Assembly (NCBI GenBank): GCA_951406725.2
Contig: OX597819.1
Coordinates: forward strand, 40,362,001-40,426,000
Source: Octopus vulgaris
Taxonomy: Eukaryota
Direction: 5' to 3'
Length of the DNA: 64,000 bases
The notes under the pieces were generated by a model. The model was given only the letters and a program-made list of their open reading frames with translations. It had not been told where the DNA came from and ran no database searches. The position numbers were made by a program, and so were the translations under genes. Each line of letters starts with the position of its first letter. Position 1 is the first letter of the stretch. This document shows positions 1 through 13,265 of the stretch, piece after piece.

Positions 1-352
1 GGCCTGTGTTGGTCTTAACAACTCTCAGTACATATTGCAGTCTTTTACTTATTGTTCATGACAGAAGGTTATGGTGGAAGACACTTGTTTAAGATGCTGC
101 ACAGAGGGATTAAACCTGCTTAAGAAATTGACTAATGCCTATGAATTAAATCTGGTAAACAAAATCTGCATGGGAGGTTACCTTATGTATGTGTGTGTGA
201 AGGTGCATAGCCTAGACATCTCTCTAGGTGAAGAAAATTCCAAAATAATACCAACTTCATTGCAAAGCCAAGGGTCTTGTGCTTGCGTGTTTCTGAACTA
301 TTCCACTTTGTTGGTGAGAGTCTTAGCAATGTAATGCAAGCTCTTATTAACT

Positions 353-904
353 TTAACCCTCTAGCATTCATATTACTCTGAGCACCTTTTCAAACTCCAC
401 CTGTCTAACACCCGTGGACATATTTACAAAGTCAGAAAACAGCACAGCTCCCATGACTTTCAGAAACATTTTTTCACGTTGAGAGTTGCTTAAGCATGGA
501 ACAATCTGCCAGCATCAGTTGTTAGTTATCGGAGCACTGCATCCTTCAAAACTTCCATGCTTTCTGAGATTCGCCAACACTACACCTGATTTTCTCCCCT
601 CCATACACACACAAGCATGTATCTGACTCATACATTGTTCGCTTTCCGGACTTTATACGCACTTTCTGACAAGTTGTGGTGCACCTGAGCACTGTATACA
701 ATAATTTCATTATTATTATTTAAATGTAATGCTTATTTATTCACATAGCTTTAAATTAATCATGCATTATCTTGTAGCTTTGAGGTTTTCATGATGTGAT
801 TGTTTATTTTTAGGAGGACATTATAGGGAGGTAGGTGTGAGGGTAGGTGTGAAACAGGTAAAATATTTAGGCCGGATTTGGCAATTTGAATGCTCAAGTG
901 TTAA
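353..904. mobile_element. piggyBac-like MITE (family P), interrupted by a CR1 fragment
   Basis: Starts TTAA-CCCTCTAGCATT and ends AATGCTCAAGTG-TTAA. The internal sequence (gattactct..aaatgtaatgcttatttattcac) is shared with 7 other copies in the window. Confidence 0.7.
381..720 (+). mobile_element. CR1-clade LINE 3' fragment
   Basis: Translates HLFKLHLSNTRGHIYKVRKQ..KHFFTLRVA*AWNNLPASVV..FK, a typical CR1 ORF2 C-terminus. Ends in an (ATT)n tail. Confidence 0.85.
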
Positions 905-1687
905 AATTCAGCTTGGGCATTTCTGACAGCCATTGTCCTTAATATCTAGAATAAGATAATTTGTTTGCAATGGTCATACTTGTCTACAAGTTGACCGTGT
1001 ATGCATGGATGTATGCATGCACAAATGTATGTATGACCTTGTTGGTGGGGATTACATGTATGTATATATGGCTTTGTTGGTAGGGTGTTGGGATCGCAAT
1101 AATTAGGTATTGGGTTTAATGCTTGGAATAAGCCATATGTTGTGCTCTTGAGTAGAGCACTTCATTTCATGTTGCTCAGTCTACTCAGATCAAAATGTGT
1201 AGCAGCAGGAGTTGGTTGGGGTTTAACCTCATGATGTCCTGCTTAAGGGGTATCTTATCTTTCATTCCCCTAAACACCTTGAAAATCTGGATATGTTCTG
1301 TAGTAGGTGTGAGGCAGACTTTATACTATATCAGTGTTTAATTACATTATTCAATGTGCTTTACCCTGGCTGTGTAATTTCAGGGATATTTGGTTATAGT
1401 TTCTAGCAAGTCAACTGCCCATGTATAACAGTGTTTTTCCAACATTTTTCCACAAATACCTCCCTAAAACACTTGGATGCTTACTACCATCCCTCCTTCA
1501 AATTCTACCCTTATGGCAGAATTTGGGGAAGTGGAGAATAAATGTAGTGGTTGTAATTGAATTTAAAATATAAACAAGCTTATTTTGGTAATTATAGAGG
1601 CATTCTTTTATTAATATTAATAAAAAAGACTAATTATGATTGCTTACATTATTTAATATGATTAAAATAAATATAACTAAAATATCA

Positions 1688-1892
1688 TATGATGGGGTGC
1701 TAAAAAGTTCCTGGCTTTGAGTAATAAAATACAGGAGGATCAGTTAATAATGATTTGATTCAACATATCCTGTTCTCAGATTCATACACTTATTGCACAA
1801 ATTCTATAGTTTTCCTAAACCCTGTAAAAGAACCCGGAAGTTTGGACCTCCTGCTAGGCCTTTCATGACACACTTAAAACCAGGAAACTTTC
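1688..1892. mobile_element. mariner-derived MITE
   Basis: Left end tatgatggggtgctaaaaagttcctggcttt, right end aaaaccaggaaacttt (partial TIR). The minus strand retains the mariner transposase C-terminus CNKCMNLRTGYVE. Confidence 0.65.
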
Positions 1893-2352
1893 TCTCATCT
1901 GATGCTTATTAATGTAATCCTTGCGGCTGACGACTAGCAACATACTTTGCAATATTTAGTTCTAAATTTAACAAAAAGTCATAAATCCTCACATTGCACT
2001 ACCTCTGTTTCTACCCTATTCTTGGTCAAAATTTGATTTACTGCACTAAAAGTTTTTTCTTCCACCAGAGAGGGGACAGAAGAAGCAATAATAAATAGCT
2101 TGGCTTCACTCCACAAATGTAGGTCACTCTAGACCACATTGCAATCATATTATGCACAAGTTTTGATGATGTTATACATCAATATTCTATCAGTCTATTT
2201 TATCAAACTGCTAAGTTACTGGAACAGAAACACACCAGTACTGGTTGTCCAGTGGCGGTTGGGGGACAAATACACACACACACATACACACATACACACA
2301 TACACACGCGCGCACACACATGCACATACACACACACGCACATACACACACA

Positions 2353-2705
2353 GTGTGATCATTACCTGCGTCACCCTACTAGCACCTGTGCTGGTGGCAC
2401 ATGAAAAACATTCGAAGCGAGGTCGTTGCCAGTGCCACTGGACTGGTTCCTATGCAGGTAGCACATAAAAAACACCATCTGAGCATGGCCGTTGCCAGTA
2501 CTGCCTGATTGGCCCTTGTGCTGGTGGCATGTAAAAGCACCCATTAGACTCTCGGAGTGGTTGACGTTAGGAAAGGCATCCAGCTGTAGAAACTCTGCCA
2601 GATCAGACTGGAGGCTGGTGCAGCCATCTGGTTTGCCAGTCCTCAGTCAAATCGTCCAACCCATGGTAGCATGGAAAGCAGACGTTAAACGATGATGATG
2701 ATGAT
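2353..2705 (+). mobile_element. SINE-like element with RTE-type 3' tail and internal tandem repeats (family E)
   Basis: Ends ccaacccatggtagcatggaaagcagacgttaaac(gat)n. Same family as 25662-26030, 28454-28945 and 55670-56090. Confidence 0.75.
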
Positions 2706-2899
2706 TAAAGAATACTTCCTAGATATCTGAAATATGTACCCCATCAAAAATTGAAGATAGTGAGAGAAATTGAAGTTAAAGGAATTCATGGACATTACAA
2801 GATGCCTCATTCCTGAACAACTCCAGCTTCTATCTCATTACCATATGTTCTTTTGTTTTTATTCTAGACAGTGACCATATTTGATCAATAGGGCAATAA

Positions 2900-3389
2900 C
2901 ACTGTGTAGCAAAATTTAATTTTTTTTTTTGTCTTTGGTTAGTAAGTGTTATTTCTTATTTGCTTCTATCTAGAAATCAAAGGAAATGACTACAATTCCT
3001 TTCAAACTTTGCTTTTGTGACCTGAACATCAATGTTTTGAAACTGACCTATTTTCCATTACATTTCAGGTAGATTCAGCACTGAGTTGCTGAAGCAGAAA
3101 TATCATAATACTAAATATTCTGCTCAGCACCACAGACTTGCTTGTCAGTTGCTTGACCATACCCATTTGAGCATGTCCCTTAGTGGCTGACAATATGGGC
3201 ATCTCTGATCATGTGCAGGAGCAGTGAGAGAGCATCATAACCATGTGTTGAAAGGGATTCTTTGGAGTTTGAATGAATGTAACAAAAGCAAAGTTTGAAG
3301 GAAATATTAACCATTTTTCATATTTTCTAGGGGCAAGCAAATAGGGAATAACAGTTGCTACCCAAGGACAAAAATCGTGTTACACAGTG
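2900..3389. mobile_element. Non-autonomous DNA transposon with long (~120 bp) imperfect TIRs
   Basis: cactgtgtagc..ttcaaactttgcttttgtgac (2900-3020) is the reverse complement of gtaacaaaagcaaagtttgaa..gttacacagtg (3279-3389). TA follows the right end, suggesting a Tc1/mariner-type target site. Confidence 0.7.
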
Positions 3390-3890
3390 TAATGAGAAAC
3401 AGGACCTAAAATAGCTTACTAATTTGTTACTGGACTTGGTAACTCTGCCAAATAACATTAGTCAGATAAACAGACTTTCATATTTGCTGGATAAAAAAAA
3501 ACATTTTTATTATATAAAATGTGTCTGTATTGGTTTAACTAAGATGTTCAGTAACTCAGATAAATCAAAAGCTTCATATGTTAATTGCAATTAAAAATAG
3601 ATCTATGTAATACTTTTATCCTTGAGCTTAATCCAACTGTTACTCTCTTTTTTACTTTGTCTATTTCCTGAAAAATATAATCCTTGTTAATCCCTGTTGG
3701 AAATTATCCAGTCTCTTGTTAACATTCTTTTTTTTTTTTGTTCATTAGAAGCAAAGAAATGAAACAATAGAAAAAAAAAAGATAATTTTTAAGTTGCCTG
3801 TTTTCTGCATGAAAACATTTATGTTTCATAACATACAGAAGTGGTGTTGTTTAGCCCCAAGTCAGCTTTGTTCAATATTCTTTATTTTTT

Positions 3891-4295
3891 TCTTTTACTT
3901 GTTTCAGTCATCTGACTGTGGCCATACTGGAGCACCACCTTTAGTTGAGCAAATCGATCCCTGAGCTTATTCTTTGTAAGTCTAGTACTTATTGTATTGG
4001 TCTTTTTTGCTGAACTGCTAAGTTATGGGGACATAAACACACCAGCATCAGTTGTCAAGCGATGTTGGGGGGACAAACACAGACACACAAACATACACAC
4101 ACACATGCGCACACACACACACACATACACACACACATACGACGGGCTTCTTCCAGTTTCCATCTACCAAATCCACTCACAAGGTTTTGGTCGGCCCGAG
4201 GCTATTGTAGAAGACACCTTCCCAAGGTGCCACGCAGTGGGACTGAACCCCTGACCATGTGGTTGGTAAGCAAGCTACTTAACACAAAGCCACTC
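3891..4295 (-). mobile_element. tRNA-derived CORE-like SINE (family A), near full length
   Basis: Box A (tggctttgtgtt-like), box B (ggttcagtccc), accttgggaaggtgtctt core, internal (CA)n, and tail gactgaaacaagtaaaag. More than 15 copies or fragments occur in the window. Confidence 0.85.
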
Positions 4296-4569
4296 AATAC
4301 AATCATCCTATCTTTTATTATTACTTTTTTCTTTTCTTTATTCCAGTCACTGGACTGCAGCCATGCTGGGGCACTGCTTTGAAAGGTTTAATCAAATAAA
4401 TCAACCCCAGTACTTATTTTTGAATCTAGTACTTATTCTGCTGGTCTTTTTTGCAAAGCCACTATGACACAAGGACTTAAACAAACTATCTATTGTCAAG
4501 CAGTGGTGGAGAACAAACACATACACAAATCCACATACACATAGACACATATACATATATATATATATA

Positions 4570-4961
4570 CTAGCAGTATCGCCCGGCGTTGCTCGGGTTT
4601 GTTTCGACCCTTTAAAATTGGAATTTTTGAAAAGTAAAAATTTTGCATTATGTAGCTTGTTATTCTCTTTAAGTGAACATTTTTCTGGTTGAAATACACC
4701 GAAAAATGGTGACACAGCAGTCAAAAAATCGTAAAAAATAGGGATTTTCATAGGAAAAAAGCACCTTTTTGATGTAAATAATTTTTGGTGTTACCATGGT
4801 CTGATTTGAATTTTTTCTCCTACGGAAGGAAGAGCAAGCCTTCTTCTATCATCCTCTCAATTTTGGTCAACTTGTGCCGCAGAGTCTCGGAGGAGACAGT
4901 GTTAGTTGAAGGCTACCAAACCTGCCATACACAGACAACTTCAGCTTTATATAGAGAGAGA
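4570..4961 (-). mobile_element. Non-autonomous Helitron
   Basis: The minus strand starts TC (4961) and ends CTAG (4573-4570), with a subterminal GC hairpin cccggcgttgctcggg (4582-4597). It sits between A and T with no TSD, next to the (TA)n of a family A SINE fragment (4330-4560). Confidence 0.8.
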
Positions 4962-5372
4962 TAGACATCTACATAAACATGTCCTTTTCAAGTGATGTCA
5001 AACATTTTACTTTTTCATTTTTATTTTAATCTAGCTGCCTCTGATATGCAGTTTCAGTATTATGCTTTCAATTGTTCAAGCTGGAGTTTTAGTGATAAAC
5101 TTAACTTAGTAACATATCTATTACTTTAAGTCAGTTGATAAAAACTCACTACGTATTCTGTATGCAGACATCTCAAATGTGAAAGGACATCCTACATTAT
5201 GGTATGGACACTACTCATTAGTATCATGCACAAATGGGATAAATCATTAAAATGTGCACAAGGCATGTTTAGTAAATAATAGATTAAATATTTAATGTGT
5301 CAAATGACATTATTTTCATTCTAGAAATAAATGCTTAAAAAATAACAGTGCCTGTTTACACTTAAAATACTT

Positions 5373-5463
5373 GGCACCTTGGGCAAGTGTCTTCTAGTAT
5401 AGCCTCAGGCCGACCAAAGCCTTGTGAATGGATTTGGTAGACGGAAACTGAAAGAAGCCCGTC

Positions 5464-5505
<42 letters not shown>

Positions 5506-5642
5506 GTGTCTGTGTTTGTCCCCCCAACATCACTTGACAACCGATGCTGGTGTGTTTACATCCACATCACCTAGCGGTTCGGCAAGAGAAACCGATAGAA
5601 TAAGTACTAGGCTTACAAAGAATATGTCCTGGATCGATTTGC
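5373..5642 (+). mobile_element. SINE family A, truncated
   Basis: ggcaccttgggcaagtgtcttc..(TA)n..gcttacaaagaat matches the other copies. Confidence 0.8.
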
Positions 5643-6387
5643 TGCAGAGGAAGTACAAGGTTACCTGGCCAGAGTGAGAAAGATCAGGAATGAAGACAGA
5701 AACAGTTGTGCTACCTCAAAGAAAATACACTGTTACTGAATCTGAGGGAAGTGTAGGAGGAGAGAGCGAGAGAGAGAGTGGGAGACCGCAGGATCGAGAT
5801 GGTGGCAAATATATACTTATACATACACACACATTTATACAATAGGCTTCCATGCAGTTTCTATTAAATTCCCTCACAAAGACACATTAGACAACTGTGA
5901 GCTGTAATAGAAGACAGTTGCCCAAAGTTCCATGCAGTGGGACTGAACCCAGAACCACATAGTTGCAAAGACAGCTTCTTAACTGCACAGCCATGCTTGA
6001 ACCTTAACATTGCCCTTTTTTTTTTCTAACATCACTGTATTTCATACAAACACTACCCAACGTATTTTTTTCAGCTTGCTTGAATGTCATTCAAGGGAGT
6101 CTTCTATGATATTTCTCATAGCCTCATTAGCCAAGTAGAAACCATTTAATCATAGCATATTTACATTATTTCTATCTATTTTACACAAGTTATGCTGTTT
6201 ATATATATTTAGTGTGCAATCAATAAAATATTAAATTTTTATTTCAAAAATTGATCCAGCTGCAAATTATATTGATCAATTTTAGTACCTCAGTATACCA
6301 TTAGTCACATCATTTTTTTTTTTATTTAGAGAATTCAATCTAACCACTAACCAAGAGGCAAGGCTTTTTTTTGTTTTAATTAAGACA

Positions 6388-6776
6388 GGTGCAGGAGTGG
6401 CTGTGTGGTAAGTAGCTTGCTTACCAACCACATGGTTCCAGGTTCATTCTCACTGCGTGGCACCTTGGGCAAGTGTCTTCTACTATAACCTTAGGCTGAC
6501 CAAAGCTTTGTGAGTGGATATGGTAGACGGAAAGTGAAAGAAGCCTGTCGTATATATGTATATATATATATATGTATATACATATATGTATGTGTGTCTG
6601 TGTTTGTCCCCCCAACATCGCTTGACAACCGATGGTGGTGTGTTTATGTCCCCGTAACTTAGCAGTTCAGCTTCCAAAGAGTAAGTTCTGGGGTCAATTT
6701 GCTTGACTAAAGGTGGTGCTCCAGGATGGCCACAGTCAAATAACTGAAACAAGTAAAAGAGAAAAAAGAGAAAGAG
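6388..6776 (+). mobile_element. SINE family A, 5'-complete with internal deletion
   Basis: Head ggtgcaggagtggctgtgtggtaagtagc with box A/B; tail aacaagtaaaagag. Confidence 0.85.
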
Positions 6777-7132
6777 AATTGTTGGTGGGGGCATGGGGGG
6801 TTTAGGTTCGTGGTTGTCTGAATTGGCTGGTGTGTGTCTATACACATGTTTGTGCTCATGGATAATTCGTATTTGTGTGGTGGATATGAGTTTCAATTTA
6901 ATGTATAAGTATCTGTGCTTTACTCTTATCTGTATGTGTTCATGCATTCCATACAAGAGGGTACCCAAAAGAAGCCAGAATTTTGCAATCTTTTGCACAC
7001 ATACAAACACACACTCACAAGTTCACTTCCCAATTGCTTTTGGTAAACCTCTTCTACTATAGCCTCAGTTTGACCAAAGCCTTGTAATCGAGTTTGGTAG
7101 ACAAAAACTTAAAGACTGCTGTCTTTAAGGCC

Positions 7133-7366
7133 TTTATTTCTTTATTGCCCACAAGGGGCTAAACAGAGAGGGGACAAACAAGGACAGACAAAGGGATTAA
7201 GTCGATTACATCGACCCCAGTGCGTAACTGGTACTTAATTTATCAACCCCAAAAGGACGAAAGGCAAAGTCAACCTTGGTGGAATTTGAACCCAGAACGT
7301 AATGGCAGACGAAATAGCCCTAAGTATTTCGCCTGGTGTGCTAACGTTTCTGCCAGCTCGTCGCCC
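7133..7366 (-). mobile_element. tRNA-derived SINE (family B)
   Basis: Minus-strand head ggcgacgagctggcagaaacgttag, box B gggttcaaattcc, and a ggggttgataaattaagtaccag domain. tctttaaggc is repeated on both flanks (7122-7131, 7370-7379), a likely TSD. Confidence 0.8.
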
Positions 7367-7416
7367 TTATCTTTAAGGCTGTCTTTAAGTTTTTGTCTAC
7401 AAAATACATACATTAT

Positions 7417-8304
7417 ATACACAAAAACTGGAAATTTGCAATATTATTTTATTCACTTAGCTTTACGTTTACACTTTTATTGCTTTTGAAGTATTCTGCA
7501 TTTGAAGCAATGCATTGGTCTAGGCACGTTTTCCACTATTCAAAGCAGTGCTGGAATTCTTGCAAAGTGATGCCTTTTAACACACCTGTCATTTTTTTTC
7601 TTCACCTCTTCCACATCTGCAAATTCTGTAGCACCAGCTTTCATTGCCAGTGATGACCTTTGAAAAAAGGTCCAGATCAACTTGCAAAATTTTCTGCCAG
7701 TTCACGACATGCATTTAGTCTTGAGTGCTTTTGATCTTCCATGAGCAAGCAAGGCACAAATTTTGTTGCAACTCTTTTCATTCACAATTCCTCACTCAAA
7801 ATTCGTTAGCAGGAGCTCCAAGACACATCAGTCATATCAACAAGTTGATCAATTGTTCAGCGATGGTCCTCCAAGATCAGTTCATGAATTTCGTGATGTT
7901 TTCATTCATTTGGGAGGTCGACAGTCATCTTGAACGAGGTTGGTCTTCAAACAATAAGTGACCACTCATAAAGCACAGAAACCACTCATAAACTTGTGTT
8001 TTGCTCATGGCAGCATCCTTGTAAGCTGTTTGAAGCATAACAACTGTTTCAGCTGCTGTTTTCCCCAGTAGAAAACAGAATTTCACAGAAATACACTGTT
8101 CCTTCGTTTCAGCCATTGCAAAAATCGACAAACAGGGAAGGATTGCAAAGCAAAGGAAAGACACACCATGTGGCAGTACAACTACAGTCGATGCCACTGG
8201 TCAGCAGACAGATACCTGAGGGTTGCATCAAATGGCTTCTAGCGTTGGAAACCTGAACTATAACAGGTTTTCCCACAGAGAATGTTTCTGGTTACTTTTG
8301 GGTA
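7417..8304 (-). mobile_element. Degenerate, internally deleted mariner (Tc1/mariner) transposon
   Basis: ORF 8197-7925 contains EQCISVKFCFLLGKTAAETVVMLQTAYKDAAMSKTQVYEWF..G..FEDQPRS (mariner HTH). It continues through stops and frameshifts to KVITGNESWCY (first catalytic Asp region), then after a deletion to C-terminal FQHCFE*WKTCLDQCIASNAEYF. A related TIR-like copy lies at 6952-6989. Confidence 0.88.
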
Positions 8305-8331
8305 GAGACATACATACACACACATGCATAT

Positions 8332-8740
8332 AGTTAAGTTAAGTTAATTTTTTGGCTCAAAAAGCAAAAAGCAAGGCCATGTAGGGGGACATGGAGTTAT
8401 GTACAGGGAGGGTGTTCATGCAAAGAGTTCAGGCCATTTCTGGTCAAGAGAGACTTTGAACCGAGCAGTCGTCGGCATCTTCACTATCTCGTCCAGCAGC
8501 TTATTCCATAGATCCACAACCCGGACGGAGAAAGCCCCTCTCCTTCGATTGAGATGAAATCGTCGCAGATAGAGCTTTTAAGAGTGACCCCGCAGCCCAC
8601 GCTCTGGAGCAGGAGTGAAGAACAGCTCTTTCGAGAGGTTACACTTTCTGCTTATGATGTTGTGAGCGAAAATGAGATCACCACGGCGGCATCATTTTTC
8701 TAGAGAATAAAGGTCAAGCGTCTTCAGCCTTTTTTCATAT
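8332..8740 (-). mobile_element. CR1-clade LINE 3' fragment (second family)
   Basis: YEKRLKTLDLYSLEK*CRRGDLIFAHNII..RGLRGHS*KLY..RRGAFSVRVVDLWNKL..FKVSLD, followed by a (TTAAC)n tail. Confidence 0.9.
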
Positions 8741-8908
8741 ACATATGCTACAGGCTTGTTTCAGTTTCCATCAATAACATCTACTCACAAGGCTTTTGTT
8801 GGCCCAGGAGAGACACTTACCCAAAGTGCTACATGTTGGGACTGAACCCAAGATGACACGGATGGGAAGAAAGCATCTTAACCATACTGCCATGCCTACA
8901 TTAAAATG

Positions 8909-9133
8909 CCTTTAGCATTTAAACCAGCTATATCTGACCAAAATATTCTACTTGTTTTATGTTCAAACAGGCTAGATGTGGTTTCTCGCACCTAACCTAG
9001 AATGCCGCTCTAAAAAAATTAACAGTTACAGCATCAAAATTTCATAACTACTAAATTATCCATGATTAGTTCAAAACAATGCGTATAAGCAAGCATTACT
9101 TTTGAAAGAATAATGTGAATGCTAAATGGTTAA
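8909..9133. mobile_element. piggyBac-like MITE (family P)
   Basis: cctttagcatttaaacc..gaatgctaaatgg-TTAA; reverse orientation relative to the copy at 353. Confidence 0.7.
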
Positions 9134-9138
9134 TTGAA

Positions 9139-9529
9139 TGTGGTAAGTAGCTTGCTTATCAACCACATGGTTCTGGGTTCATTCCCACTGTGTGGCACCT
9201 TGGGCAAGTGTCTTCTACTATTGCCTCGGGCCGACCAAAGCCTTGTGAGTGGATTTGGTAGACAGAAACTGAAAGAAACCTGTTATATATATGTATATAT
9301 ATATGCATGCGAGTGTATATGTTTGTGTCTGTGTTTGTCCCCCCAGCATCACTTGACAACCGATGGTGGTGTGTTTACGTCCCCGTAACTTAGCGATTCG
9401 GCAAAAGAGACCGACAGAATAAGTACTAGGCTTACAAAGAGTAAGTCCTGGGGTCGATTTGCTTGACTAAAAGCGGTGCTCCAGCAGGGCCGCAGTCAAA
9501 TGACTGAAACAAGTAAAAGAGAGTAAAGA
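9139..9529 (+). mobile_element. SINE family A
   Basis: Near-complete match to the family, from tgtggtaagtagc to gtaaaagagagtaaag. Confidence 0.85.
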
Positions 9530-11454
9530 AAGAAAACAATAAAGATCAATTTCTTGTGAGTGACCTCAGATGGTCAAATGAATATGAAATTTGATTGCCA
9601 AAAGAAAACAAAAGAAAACAACAGATTAAATCATTTCTTAAAGAACTTGAACTGGATGCTCTAATGTCTCCAATAGTTACCAACTGAACCACACCACTAC
9701 TTAGTTTGAGTTTCATTTGTTTAATAAACTACTAGACAACTTGAAATATAAAGTTCATTATGTTTTCCGTATGTATTAGTTCTATAGATGTCAGATAATC
9801 ATTTGTCATTGTTCTCTATCTCTATCACCTTTCCTCAGAAGTTTTAAGTATGACAATCTATATCTCAAGCATGTTTAGCCGTTGACTACAAACTTCAATT
9901 CTGTTATATAATTTTCTTAATGTTGCCAAGATAGATACAAATATTAGCTTATTTCAAGTACTGTCCAGATGACTGCACTGGAAGTTCTAGAACAGCATTT
10001 TAAACCGATGAAAATGTCAGTGAAATCTCATCACAATTTGTGCAGCTTAGAAGAATGGATGGTCCACTTAAAATGGTTACTGAAATGTCAAAGTGTTATC
10101 ATTTAAACTGTTAATGATGAAATTTTCCTTCAACAATCATATAGAAATTTTCTATTACAAAAAAATGTCTTTTTTATCATTTGCATACATCTCATCAATA
10201 AAATTTATAATCTAAAGAACCCATATATTCACAGCAAGAGATACAACCATCATCCTTATTGGTCATTAAGCAACATCATATTTTCAACCATCTTCCTTCA
10301 GTCTATTCCTTGAAGTTATCTAACTACCTTCTTTTGTGATCTTCCTAAACTTTTATTACCAGGTTAATTAACACCATCATCATCATTTGACAATGATTTG
10401 GCCTTGTATGGTCACATTCATTAGAGATAGGTTGCCATTTGTCATATATTATGACACAGTAATACTTCAGTTTCTGACTTTTGACAACTGACGTCTAACT
10501 TGATGTTGATATCATATTAGAAAAGGTACAAACTGTTCCATAATTTCTAGAAACTGATTCTGGAAGAAAGGGTATGCAACTGTCCTATTTTACATCAGGT
10601 GTTTTGGCACCATAAAAATTTTGCTTTTATTTTAGTTGACACAACTACTTATATAATTGAGTACAAAACTTCATTTAACTTCCTACTTCACTTTACATAT
10701 ATGATGGCTAGTGAAATATTGATGAATCATGGAAAAGAAACATTTGTCTTACAATGGATTTCTGTACATCTTGGACAAAGAATTGGTAGTGAATTTGAAT
10801 TTTGATGCCAAGAGCAGAAAAACTGAGTAGGAGAAAACATTAAGAAGCAGGCATACACATGTTTGTCTCGAGTGTTAACAGGTATTGTTGTGAAAACAAG
10901 TTCAGCATCCAGTCAACCAGGGTCCAAACAGCCATGCCAAATCATTGGCATGGCTTCTCCCCTTGGGGTTTCCTTTAGTCAGAGAAAAGGCAGAGCTAGT
11001 ACATCTGAGACAATCAGAAGATTTTTCAAGAGAACTAGCAATGCTAGACTCAGTTTTAACATGGTCTCCTGCTCTATTTGCAAGTTTGATGAATGGCCAC
11101 TTACTCCCTGTTGAGTTTATCCATTCCTACAGATCTTTTTTTTTTCTGTCAGAATGTCCATTCATCCCCTACATATCACGGTGACAGCTTCATAACCGAC
11201 CATGAAATAAGTAGAACTGACTTACATGATCAATATCAGATATAATAGGTCAGATCAAACCAGTTAAGACTAGGATTGTGATCTAAAAGACGTTTGAATT
11301 TTATTTCTAAGATCAGAAGTGTTCTAACAATAACTATTCTGACTTTTTTCCAGATACAGTGCACCCAGGACTACATATTAGTGCCCCACCCCCACCCCCA
11401 TACAGTAGTTGAGTACAACTTGAAGGCTGCTATTTCTATCAGGCTTCAATAATT

Positions 11455-11662
11455 CTTTCTACTATAGGCACAAAGCCCAAAATTTTGGGACAGGGGGTTA
11501 GTCAGTTACATCAACCCCAGAACTTAACAGGTACTTGCTTTACTGACCCCAAAAGGATGAAAGGCAAAGATGACTATGCCAGCACTTGAACTCAGAACAT
11601 AAAACCAAGAGTGCTACTAAACAATTCTTCTAGTATGCTAATGGTTCTGCCAACTTGCCACT
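11455..11662 (-). mobile_element. SINE family B, older copy
   Basis: gaccccaaaaggatgaaaggcaaag..ttgaactcagaac..ttctgccaacttgcc matches family B. Confidence 0.7.
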
Positions 11663-12706
11663 TTCACATGTGTTCCAATAATATATAAACAATGTATGGC
11701 AAGGTAAGGTTTGATGTCAAGTAACCTGTGACTTGGAGATACTTGTGTGTGTGAGACACTCACAGTTTATCTAACAATGTTGATACCAACAACAAATTAT
11801 TGAAAGATGACAATACAAACCAATTAAGTTACACAAGGTAATACCTTACATATGTTGAATAAATTCAATGAAAAAAAAAAACAAAAAAAACATGCATGAC
11901 AGGAAGAAAGCAAAAAACAATATTTTATAAATGTCATTTTAAAATTTTTCTTTTTTTTTTTGTATTCCTTTTTATTATATTTTTCTTCTTTAAATTCAAA
12001 CCAAGCTGCAATGAAGCCAAGAGAGGATAGAAAGGAGAGAGAAAATTTCAAAGATTGGCCTCTGGTTATTTTCATAACATTTTTCCAACTTACAGTTGAA
12101 ATTCTTTATTTTTTTTTATTTTTTATATTTAACATCTTTTTTTAAACAATAAAAAAGTGAAAGATTATAACTTTTTAAATGTAATTTTAGCCCATTTCCA
12201 GTAATGCTAATATTCAAATTTATAAGAGTGTTTCAATACATGATGTTAACTTTTTTTGTTTTGTTTACACTCTGATAGATTTGTAATGATCAATAGCAGA
12301 GTTGAAAATTGGATAGAAATTTTAAAAAAAAATTTAACAACCCATGATGTCTGAGGAAGAGAGCGACAGAGAGGAGCAGGGACAAATAAAAACAATTTTG
12401 TTTCACACACACACATATAAATATATACATAAAATAAATGTATAAGGAGATGGAATGGAATCAGATTCCAAATATGACAAGAAAAAGCTCAAGATACTGA
12501 AGATGTATAATTTACTTTCTTTAATCATAAGCTTCTGACCCCTTCACTACATACACACACAAATACATATACCTATGTTTAGGTAAAGTAGAGACAGCTT
12601 TGCCTAATGATAAATTTTGTAAATATATTAACAAGCAGATGTTTAATAAACAGCAAGGCTGATTGTATACTTATTAAACATACACATGTAAATTTTATTT
12701 GCAAAC

Positions 12707-12759
<53 letters not shown>

Positions 12760-13214
12760 GACATCCAAAAGGAGCTGTTGCTTGTGTTGCCAATGTCTCA
12801 GTCAAATACTTCATTTATTTAATGAAGGTGATAAATAGATTCATTAGCCTGATGTTTAGTAATCAGAGGGTTATGAGCCCATTGTTCTTTGTGGGGTAGA
12901 GGATGTGAGAATTGAAATTGAAGCAACCGGGAATCACTAGCATTTGAACTTCACGTATTTTACTCTACAATGCTCACAATTTAAACAATAAAAAACACAC
13001 ACACACACACACACACACAAAATATTACAAAATAAGCTTATAGTTTACTGTGCGCATATGCATGCTTATGAATGAATGGATGGGATGAAAATACATTGAT
13101 ATTTTTAAAAATTAATTTGCCAACATTCACATAACATTTAGCTGATGAAGCTGTGAGTGAAGGTTTTTTTTCCATATTAGATCCATACAACTGTGCAATA
13201 AACATTTGGAAAAA

Positions 13215-13265
<51 letters not shown>

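Noticed and set aside
10863-11184. Overlapping 79-83 aa ORFs (+) and a signal-peptide-like MLKLSLALLVLL stretch (-)
   Set aside because: No recognisable domain; the minus-strand peptide stops after 27 aa; no convincing splice sites.
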